A program made the translations under genes and the position numbers. Below are positions 28,701-40,700 of a stretch of 64,000 bases of DNA, piece by piece. The first letter of the stretch is position 1. Every line of letters begins with the position of its first letter. The stretch comes from Acanthaster planci (Eukaryota), in assembly GCF_001949145.1 (NCBI RefSeq), contig NW_019091360.1, forward strand, positions 3,825,816 to 3,889,815, written 5' to 3'. Under the pieces are notes generated by a model. That model did not search any database, was not told where the DNA came from, and worked only from the letters and a program-made list of their open reading frames with translations.

Positions 28701-31700
28701 CGTTCCTCCATCCTACCTCCTTATCAATCACATTTACAGTGGGGGAATATTAAATTCCTCATTCATTGGAGTTACAGAATTTATAATGTAGTGACTACAA
28801 ATAAGGTTTCAGTATTTTGTGTGTAAGACTGGATTTAAAAATGAAATTGTTGCTCATAATATGCATCTTTGGTCGAATGTACCGGCGATTCACCATGCTC
28901 GCCGTTCCATTCTCTCTCGTATACTTTTTAAGGTCAGCGCATCACTGCTGTTTTCGTTTGGAGAGATGTTGTCAGTTCCCCAGGTTCGTCTGTGATTTGT
29001 GCACCTGGGTGCAAATTAAATCTGCCAAGTAATTCCCGAGCGAGCGCTGGGAATGATCACCGTCTCGTCTGGCCAGACATGCTAGTGATTGACACACTGA
29101 CATGTAATGCGAGAGGTGTATACACTGTGTAATTACAACTCAAATTGGCTATCAGTCATAAGGTGCATTCTCCTCGAACCGAGCGCTTTATTGCATTTCT
29201 TACGTAGTATCTTTCGATCTTTTGGGGCTGAACACGACCGCAGAACGAAGGACGAACAAAGTTTGGAGTCAATAATTAAGCCAAGGTCATCCAGCGTTAC
29301 CCCCACTTCAACGCCGTCCTGTTCAAACGCGCTGTGTGAACAGTAAACATTTCAAGTATTACCGAGCTTTTGTGTCTTTATCTGGAAAAGTTGGTTTTAA
29401 GCGTCTCCATGACGATTGGGAAATGCATTAAAACCTTGTTTTGGATTTACGTCATTGCGTTGTTTTGTGACAAGATGCGTTGAGCGCTTTTTGACTTCAG
29501 TGATACCCTAACAATGATATCAATGACATCAGTGACTGTCACGATTTTAAATTGTCCGGTTACTCTAGTTTTTATATTCAGACAAATTCTAGGCCACTGT
29601 TCGGATATTTTCTCACGGTGACTTTAGTTTGGTTTTAAAGAGATTGTGATCAGCATTCGACGTACATCCGTTTTGATTTCAGTTACATTTGCCGTCGTCG
29701 CATGTAACTTCGACCGCCACCAAAACATTACTTTTACTGCTCCTTTGTGGACGTCTTTCTCGGGCTGTTACTGCATTTTGAAACATTTGACTAAAACCTA
29801 TAGTCTGAATTTCACACCGTTCCGTACTCGACTCAAAGACATGACGTGGTATGACGAACAAGGATCAGACATATTGGATTAGCATCGCTACTCAGCCATG
29901 CCCTTAGCTCGCCAAGTTGACGCACAAACCTGTCACCAACACCTAAGTAATGCCTCCGCTTTCAAATATTCATCTCCCCAGAATGATAAATGTGTTTCTT
30001 TAGGGTTGTCTGTAGACTGTAAAATGTCGGAGCCATAATCTCGTTTATGATATTTAATTGGTTTAAATACATGAAAAAAATAATTAGATTAAACCCTTTA
30101 AATTGATATCTGTCTTAAAACAATCGATATCATAAAAACCTACAGAAGATGTTCTCCTTTTTTGTGATGTAGCGCGCAACTTAGTTGTTAAACTGTTGAC
30201 CTAAATCAAGTTTTCGCATAATTATGACTGCCTATCGGCATCACCTTTTTCTTCCTACTTCACGTGATATGACTACTCTTGACAAATAAAGGCCAACGGG
30301 TGTAACGTTCAATTAATTCACGACTGCTTTCATGCTTGATTTAGTCCCAATAATTGCTCGGCAGCGGCATAGCTTCAGGAATTAAAACTGTCAAAAATTA
30401 ATTTTTGGTCAATTGTTCGGCTGTGTAAAAGAGTTTTCAAGAGACGATTGGAGCAAATGACGACGAGGTTTAGAGTGAACGTTTCCAGGATTTGAATTCT
30501 TTTTCGTGCTGTCACGACGGCTTTTGCGTGTTTTCGTAAGCAGGTAATCACTTTATTCACGATCAATTCTCTTTGGAGAAAGAGTATTCTTCTGAGGTTT
30601 AGTAATTAAAGATGTTTGAATCTCTAGAATGCTGAAAACGTGTAAAATATTGCTTTGCAATTTTGTCCACAACGTCATTTATTATTTGTACTGAAGAGAG
30701 ATCATATTAATTAATAGGTCAATAATAAGTTTCTGATATCCGGACAGGGTATGATATTACTGATTAGATGCCATACATCATCGATCTCTGATTTCCCAGT
30801 CATGCACGACACGTTGCATTAAAAGGTGTTATCGGCATCTTTTGTCTGCGTGTTTTCTTTTACCTCGGTCGTTTATCATATTATATGTTTGATCTGCTAT
30901 AGAGGCTACACCAGAGTGAACAAATTCCCGTCTCTCGTGTCAAAGATTTCGACACCCTGCATTCAGTTGGAAGTTCATCAATCAAATATGACATTCCTGC
31001 AGTCAAAAGGCTTGGAGTTTTTTAGTTGATTGATTAAACCAGACTTGCCTGGACTTGGTTTATCATCGGCTATTTCATACGCTCGACCAAATCACTAAAC
31101 CTCCTTTAAGCCTTTCATTCCCCACGCAATTTAGCTTGAACTATGGCTTACGAGCCTTTGTTAGAAATACACCACTGTGCTCAGGGTGTAGCTGCAATCA
31201 ATTTGCTTTTGTACAAACCATAAAAAAAATGCAGCTGTGTGTCCTTATTTTCAGCTCTCGTTCAACTATTCCAAAGGGTATTTTACTGCCTTTCTTTTGT
31301 TTTATGCTAATGAGTATTTCCATATTCATGAGCAAAACTGTAACACCATCCCAGTAAGAAAGCCTCAGTGTTGCGTTGGTTTGTACGTAAAAAATGTCTT
31401 TTATTTTCTTTAGGTTTAGCTGTACTAGACTTTGTCTGCATTGCAGATTCATTGTTATTTATGTGCATAGCAATAAGCAAACATTTATCCCTTTCTCTGA
31501 AATGTTGTCAGTGATTAAATTCTGGGTTCACAGTTTGAATAGAAAAAAATTTATTAACTGAACTGTGCCTTCACTAGATGACGTGACAGCAACAGCTTCC
31601 TCAGTTGTGCAGGAAAGCATGGATAATTTTAAGTTTTTTAAAAAGTGAAAGTAAGAATGTTAGAGAGTTTTTGTTCGTAGAAGAAGAGAAGCTCCTGAAA

Positions 31701-34700
31701 ATTGTGTCTTAGAAAAATTCATTGCAGCTACAGTTTCGAAAATACATGTACATGGAGGCTATGTACGATCAGCACTCGTCTTCGGTCTTAGTAGAGACTA
31801 GAGGAGGGAAAGGTGTGAAAAATGGGGGTCCTTTAAAGCAATCAATTTAAGCGGCATGTACCGTAGACAGACCTGCCAAACCAGAAAACTTAATGTTAAC
31901 CACAGCGTGTTTTCCTTATAATCACACTTTTAAAGAGAACAGTACATGCAGCTGTAGAGAAATTATCTGGATAGTGATTTCCTCATATCGACAAGGATAT
32001 GAAGGGGACTGTTTGTTTTCTGTTGCCAAAGTCAACTATGTCAAAATGTTATCATTATGATACCAATGTCACGTTCATACGCAGGGTGGTGATACCCTAC
32101 TGGTGGTAGGGTACGGACCTCTCCGGCGATTAAGATACTCCAAGAATTGGCACAAAGAATTATTCTCACCGTGTATTAGAGTTGATTTACTTCTATTTGA
32201 AATCAAGTCGAGAAATTTAGGACTGTCCCAATATTGAGATTGAGAAAATTTACACAATTGCAGATAGTAATAAATGGAGTTGACAGTGATATGGATTGAT
32301 TGACCAGTAATGAAAAAAAAGCTTATGCTGTGAGTGTGATTATTACAAAAATAAAAAGGTAATTAAGTCATAAGATATAGCAGAGCCAGTGGGCAAAGGG
32401 ATAATGAAAGGATAGGCTCAAGGATACAAGGGCACTGTGCAACCTGCTGTCTCTACAGAGTTCAGCTGTGTAAAGACCCCACACTGAAACAATTCAAAGA
32501 CGTGTAATAGTCGTTGAGTCGAAGCATGAAACAGTCGTTATGCTTCGTGCATGTGTACAAGTCATATGGCCAAACTTTCCGCCAAACTTTCACGACAATG
32601 CGACAAATAAAATCAGTCCAAATGACCTGATTTGGAGCCCACACTTGGCCCACACGTACTACGAGACAAACATGTCAATGCAAGCAGGCTAGAACTGTGC
32701 ATAACAATAAACGAACGATAAAAGTCGCAAAAAGATTAGGACAAAAGTGAACTTAGGCCTACGGTCTGACAGAACAAACTCCTGCTAGAGAGAGGCAGAT
32801 TATGCATGTCACGTACGCATCGGCGAAGTAAATGTACGTCGCATAAGCGTACAAGAATATGTTCATGTCTGGTACGAACTTGTAAAGTTAGATTGCCTGG
32901 TTGTTGTTGTTGTTGTTTGATAATTCCATCTAAATAAGTCTTGTCAAATCAATTCAAGTACATGTATTGTATATGCAGAACCCTTTGCACCGAATCGACC
33001 AACATGTGGTTGGCGAGTATGAAATCTCCCTTTGACCCTTTCTGTATGGTCCTCCATATAGACCTGACCCGGGTGGCTCTAACCAGTTGACCCAAATACC
33101 TTTAATTGATAAATTCAATATTATAATTCAGTTTGGCAGGTTTTCTCTCATATATACACGTATAATGTTATACTAGTTACTACGATCACTTTGTCTTTCG
33201 CCACGTCAGCTACTGCAGCTTCAAAGTTGAATAAGGGAATTCGCCACTTTTTGTTCTTGGATAAGCTCAATGTCGTAAGTGTTCTTTATTCCCTTCAAGG
33301 AGAATAAATGAATGATTTGGAAATTGTTGTATGAGAATTTACACCTTGCCACAAGCAATTCGATTTGAATTATGCATAGCTATAACTATTGCTTAATAAG
33401 TTTAGTTTAGATTTATTTAGTGATTAGATTTTAATTTTCTTTTACATATTTGAACCATCAATATCAACATCATCATCGATATCGTCATTATCGTCATCGT
33501 CATCATATATATAGACAACAAATCGTCACCCGTTTGAGTTGAGATACATGCAGAGTAAATGATGGTGATATGTGTGTACATGTATTATACCGATGCGTCC
33601 GGTGTGTTGAGAGATTCGGTAGTGGCAAATTTCTCTTTGAAGTTTTTCCGTCACAGAACTAATGGACGAAAACCCATTGTTGCAGACTAATATTGATTAG
33701 GATTCGGTTAATTTATGATTATGACCATGAACAACCGCTGGGGCCACTTTACACAGAAAATACACGATTTAAATATTATGTCGGGACTATGTTGAACGAG
33801 TAGGAACACTCAAGGTTTGTGAGAAAGTGTGTGGTATGGAAACCTGAGAGAACCCTAGACTTGACCAAGTCCGACCACCACACAAATTGTAAATGGTATT
33901 TTGTTTTCGTTTACTTCAATTCAGCACGTCAGAAATTATGTCTCAACCCTGGCAAGAGCATTGAACATAGTTAAAATTGAGTATACTTCAAGCATTTATT
34001 TTTTCCCAGTAATTTCCTGCGATTTCCATTACTCTGCCACGTCTTGGAGACGCAATATGCTACATTTTGGTTAATATTTTTAGCATGCAGATTATCTTGG
34101 GGCCATCTGTCTAGATGGTGACATATTTCAAACATCTCCGTGCATGACCAGACACCTGCCTCTCTGCAGTTTAATAGAATGGTGATGCTGATGCCCCTTG
34201 CGGGGGAGAGTATGGAAAGCTCCAGTTCACATCGCGCATGGTTGAGCAGATATCCTGGGTTTGGCCGCATTTATAAAATATATATATATCTCTTATGACA
34301 GGTTATAAAAATATAAATGAAGTTCCTGTGCAACGCCATCCTCCCTGCGAAAGTTGCCACATTTTTTGTGGTTGGAATTGAAAATTTGTATTTAGTAATG
34401 GATTTAAGAGACGAGGGAACATCATGCAATGAGCGATTACTTATTAATGAAGCGCACAAAGATATATTACTACATGTTGGATGATTATCATATTTTTTAG
34501 AGGGGGAGGCGTTCTCATTATGGGAATTTCAGGGAGTATTTTGAATTTTAAAAAGACTTTGTCAACTTCTTTGCTCACAGCAAAGTCGTTGGCATGATTT
34601 GTAAATGAGTTTTCTCATCAAGTAACGTGAATGCGCTTTCTCACCTTTTCGTGTGATTCAAGTCAGCAACAAAGCCACAACCATAGACACCCTGAGGGCC

Positions 34701-37700
34701 TACACTTTCCCCATCGCAATATTGGCTTTACTCATCGGGACTTTTCGACACTTCTGAACTGTGACATTGTAGACCTATATTTTCAGGTTTGCAGCATTCG
34801 CAATTTTGTGTCCCGTTGGACCGTGTCTACATGGCTCTGGTTAATAATATCATCCATCCCTTCACATCTGAAGTAACCATTACCAGAACAGATCTTAATA
34901 GTTGCAATATCCAGACGCATATACTGGATTGTTTTTCTGCAGGCCGAAGGGACATCCACATTTCTCGTAATCGTTCGGTCGCAGAGCACATATATATATA
35001 CATATATATCATTGTAGTGGGTCATGGGACTAGTTTTGGGGTGACCCGTTTGTTGGAACACGCCCTTTCACTTCGCTGAGGGGGCGGGCGGGCGGACATT
35101 TTTATGGGTCTCTTAATGTGGGTTGAGAGTTGCAAAGGCGGGGGTAAAAATAAATGAAAGAGCACACACGGCCTACTGGTGGCAAATTAATTAGCCTTTC
35201 AAACGGGATTCAGAAGAGTATACCTATTTTTATTTAATTTTTATAAACCCAATCTTTTGTTTGTTTTGTAACTGTTTCAAATGGTGTGTGACAACTTAGT
35301 AAAATGTGAATTGGTTTTGATTCTAAAACTACTTTCAATGCAAAATGAATTACGCAGTGTGAGACTTAACGAGGCGTAGAGCCGTTATGAGCCGTCGTGT
35401 AGACTGGGCGCTAAGCATGACATGAAAGAAATGGGTCATTTTACAGTCGCTATAGTACCAGATTGAAGAGAGAATTATGGACCTTTCCAATCCCTGGTAA
35501 TCGGATTTACCGCGCTGCCTGGGGCATATTAATTCAACTATTTCATGTAAATAGCCTATATTTATCTTCTCGTCGGCTCTTCCAATTGTTAGGAATTATA
35601 TACATTGATATGCACTTGGGGATATGTGCGTGTGTGTTGTAGATGTGATTTAGGAATTCACGTATGGTGTTCAGTTGCTCCTAGCGGGAAAGCCATAAAC
35701 TAGTGCAAGCTTTGATTGTTTGATCAAGTTCAGAGCTGTTCCGTTTTCCAATATTTGTTAGGTAAACGAACGTGTTTTATCCTCTTGCAAAGATCAAATT
35801 GAGGTTGCTGTCCTGACTTACCTTTGCCATATTTTCTTAGTGACATTGTTCACAGAAGATAGCAGAATCAACGTAATACTGCATATGCAATACGTACTCC
35901 CTTCTTAGAATTATGGCAGACAAAAATAGATTTGGTTCGAAGGAATTATTTTCTACTTCTGTAGAATTAGGTGGGTCAGGTTGAGTCCGGTTGAAGTGAA
36001 TTGAATCGAGTTAAATCAAAGGCAGGATTGGAATCAACTTAATATGTTCCATTCCTTGGGCTTATCAATGAATTTGTGATCGATGTTTCTATAACTTTCT
36101 CTGCAGTACCGGCCAAAGTTGAAGGGGGTCCCAAGAATATCCAGGTCATCGCAGGTCAGACCCTCACTATCTCCTGCCAAATAACCGGTTGCCCAGAACC
36201 GGAAGTCACGTGGACCAAATACCGGAAAGAGGTGGAGGAATGTGAGCGCAAACACATAGACGTCACCGACAGTACTACAACACTTGTCGTCCGCCAAGCA
36301 AACGAAGCGGATGCCGGGCGATATACTTTGTCTGTCTGTAATGAGCTGGGAGGAGATTGCTTCGAGATATCTGTCAGTGTTGTAGGTAAGGGTAAACGAA
36401 TAGACAACGGATATTTTCATGTAGATACCTGCCACTGCCATGTAAAGTATAAACAGTTTAATGTTTGAGGCACTTGTCTTTCAGCGTGAAAGAATGGACA
36501 CTAGATTTGGAGATGTTTCAGTTTTTTATTGATAGGTCTCGTAAAGGAAATCTGATTTCTGAGGTATTAATGAGAACTGTTACCATATCTGTCGTGATGA
36601 TAGTGTGAAATCTGTGATTAACTTAGAATGGTTCTAGTGCTAAAAAGCACTGCAAGATATCTCATACTTGGATGAGAAAACTGGTCTGGTTATGGTCTGA
36701 ACAATACGTGCATCAGTTAAATATTTTTTTTAATGATATCAGACAAGCCAGACCCTCCAGCTGGCAAGCCGACTGCATCTGACATCAGCCTTACCTCCCT
36801 CACTCTGTCCTGGCCTGGCCCCTCCTATGATGGAGGGAGTCGCATTCTTGGCTACGTCGTCGAGATGTGTCGCGCCGACGAGGACAGGAAATGGCAGAAC
36901 GTCACTTCCACAGCCAGTACCTCGCATGTCATTAGTAACCTGAAACCCGAAGTGGAGTATCTCTTCCGGGTCAGTGCAGAGAACGAACATGGAGTCAGCG
37001 AGCCCAGTCCGGTGTCAGACCCCGTATTGACCGTTGTGGGAGCTGCATCTGACAGAGATGAGAAGACTGGTGGGGAATCTGAAGGTAGTTTTATGATCCA
37101 ACCACAGAAAGTCTTTGGCAAAACTCAATAAGCATTTAAGTTTTCAATCATTCGTTCTAAGTTGGCCACAGTTTGAAGTGGTTTCAATTTTGTTTTGACA
37201 GAGGAGACGGACGAGTTTGTAGTGCGTGGTAACGTCACCATCCGGACTGACAAGGAGGTCACTGATCTTTATGAGATGAAGGAACAATGTGGCAAGTACG
37301 TTAGCTTTCTCTCTTTACTCTTGAAATTCATAAACTCTTTAATGCTGTACATTTTATTTAAATTTTCTATGAACTCAAACGTTGCAAAGAAAGTGACTGT
37401 ATTTTGTGCATTGAAAAAAATTAATATATGTGAGTAATGAAATATGAACCAATAACAGGTACCAACTGTTTGCTTCTAGCACTGCTGATTTTTGTTTGTT
37501 CATGCATCTTATTTATCGATTGTGTTGCATATGGACTTTCTGCTTTCTGCTGGTTGAATGCATGGTCATGCATGACCCTTTCAACGATTTTGGAGACCTT
37601 GAATTGTATGCATATTCGGTGTATTGAGGATTTTAAAGTGTGATGCCCACAGCAGACTCACAACGTGGTATATCATTTCACGTCCATGGGGAAAAGTGAA

Positions 37701-40700
37701 GTGAGCTGAAGTGAAATAAATAATTGGGGGCAAATGTCGTTGTTTGACTAACAGAGGGCGCTTTGGCGTGGTGTATCGTTGCCTGGAGAAGACAACAGGC
37801 AAACAGTTCGCCGCCAAATTCATCAAGATCAAATCATCTGACCGTGAAGCAGTGAGATCAGAGATCCGCATTATGAACGAGTTACACCATCCAAAGTTAC
37901 TACAGTGCGTGGATGCCTTTGAAGGGCCAAGACAAATGGTGATGGTCATGGAATAGTAAGTTAAATGCAACAAGTGGAGTTGGAATTAATATATCAATAA
38001 CAGAAATATTGGATAGCCAACTCTTCAAAATGTCCGAGTCATTGATTTCTAAAGAATAAAGCTTGTTTTTGACTGTTGCACTCTGACTGTGGCTGAATAT
38101 TTTCAGTCTCTTCCGTTCTGATTCCACTGATAATTTTCCAAAATCTTGCACTCATCGAAGTTTGTCTGTTATGTAGTTTTTGTAGTTTTCATTATTTTGA
38201 GAATCCTGCTTTGCATTGTTCATTAAATGAATAGTGTAAGTACCCGATGGAAGAAAATCCTGTGCCAATTAATGACATCATTTTTATCCAATCAGCATCG
38301 CTGGTGGGGAGCTGTTCGAACGCGTCATCGACGACGATTTCGTCCTGACCGAGAAAGATGCCATCAAATTCATGCGTCAGATCTGCGCAGGCGTACACTA
38401 CATGCACCAGCAGAACATTCTCCATCTGGACCTCAAACCAGAGAACGTCATGTGCATGGACACCCATGGCTGCCGTATCAAGTTGATAGACTTTGGCCTG
38501 GCCCGGAAGTTTGACCCCACCAAGAGCACAAAGGTCATGTTTGGCACGCCAGAGTTTGTCGCCCCTGAAGTGATCAACTATGAGCAGATAAGCTTTGCCA
38601 CGGATCTATGGAGTGTCGGCGTCATCTGTTACATTTTGTAAGAGCTTTTTACACTTAGCATCTTTTTTGTTCCTTTTTAGCTTAGTTTTTGATACGTCAA
38701 ATCGTACAACATTAATGTTAGAATGTTCCATGAAATTCGTGAGTGCAGTTAATTTCTGTTTAATGCGAACTTCCAAAAGCTCTTCATTTTGGTCAACCCT
38801 CTCACCATTTGTAGCCGACATTCCAGGATGACAAGTTAACATATTGATTCCAGAAAATCTGAGTACCAGCCTGAAGTCGTTTCTTTGACTAATTTATCTT
38901 GTTTAACTTTTAGATTAAGTGGTTTGTCTCCGTTCATGGGTGACACGGACGCAGAGACGCTCAGCAACGTCACGGCAGCTGAATGGGACTTTGACGATGA
39001 AGCGTTTGATGACATCTCGGACGAATCGAAAGATTTCATAGAAAAATTACTGATCAAGAGAAAAGAGTATGCATGCAAAACCGTCGTAATTTTATCTGTG
39101 CACCGTTTATGTCTAGTTCGACAAGAAGTTATCCAGTTGTGAATGGAACAGCAATTTCAATTTTATTTAAATTTCACCATCACATTTGTAAAATGGATTT
39201 TTTTGTTGAGATTTGTCCAAAATACTGTTTACAAAGTTTGCTGTGTATAGTGGCAAATGACAATTTTAGAAATTACAAGTAAAAAAAGGATACATGTATA
39301 GAATTGTTTTGACTTGAAATCTCTGAATTACAGTTATTGTCATTTGGGTATTGTTCATCACTTCATGGATATTACGTGTCTGAGACATATGTCCTCTTCT
39401 TCCCTGTCGCAGAAAACGCCAGACCGTTGAGGATTGTCTCAAGCACAAATGGCTGAACAAAGACATCAAGACAATGAAAGCGACTCAACTGTCAACGGCC
39501 AAACTCAAGAAGTTCGTGGCCAGGCGCAGGTGGCAGGTATGTAAGAAGATGAAAGAATCCGAGAATGACCTCTGGATATAATGACGTGCAAAAAAATGTG
39601 CCGCATTCTGCGTCAGTTAGAATCAATCAAATTGATCATCAGAAGCATATTCATGTTTCATTATTCATATACCGGTAAGTAGACAGGTGTTCAGGGAATT
39701 TCTAAGATCTTTGTCCACAACCTGTATTCAGTCAACTTGCACAATTACTATCTTTTTGTCGTTATATATGGTAACAGTGGTGATCAGTACATTTGAAGTT
39801 GTTTGTTTTATCTGACAGTAGGATCAAGGGACTTTCTAAGATTAAGGTCACAAATCCACACTTGTTTCACCAGAAATGTCTACTGTTTTATTAGGTACAG
39901 GCCTTGGAAGGATTTTCGAACGTATAGCTCATGTACCAGGAGACTAAGGCAAGTCTAGGCACCAGACTTTAGTTGCCGTGGAAATGCTATTAACCAATTC
40001 ACCCTCCGCGTGAATGACTGATACGTGGAGTGCTCTAACACCTGGCCCATTTATTTTTGATGAAGTGTGTTCAAGATAGAATCCCATGCATACTTGAAAC
40101 GCCCCTGTTGACTTCTAGCTGAAGGTGGTAGCGAAGAAAATTCATCAGGAAAGTAAAAAGCGGCGTTTTTGCCTTCATAATAATGGTGAGAAATTTTCAC
40201 GAAAGTCGTTTCTGTAATTTTTTTGTTCCAATTAGAATTGCCACCCAAAACTAGAATGCAACTCAGGGCGATAGAACTTCTTATATGCGATTGGAGTCCT
40301 CTTGAGTAGATTTGGAATATTCTGTAGAAACCTTGTCGGCCTCATTCAGTCGGACCAGTCAAACAAAACTTCAAACGGTTTCATTAAAGCAGGATTTAAA
40401 TATTTTCGCAAGATTTTATCAAGGTTGTTAATTATACGAAACCCACTTTTATATCCAGATTTCAAATGTTGAAGAAGAAATCTAATTTCCAGGGTTTTTT
40501 TTCTTTGTCTTTTTCTTCGATTTCTAAAAACTTTTGCTGGGGCTTTGCAACACGTGCTTTCGTCGCTCGTCTGTTTATAGAAACGCTGAAATGCTCCGCC
40601 AGCTAAAATTCACAATCTCGTTTACTGGTGCCTGAAAATCAGAGACATTTTTCCATAGCTGTTGAGGGTATTGTTCCTGAGTGAAAAGGAGTAAGATCTT

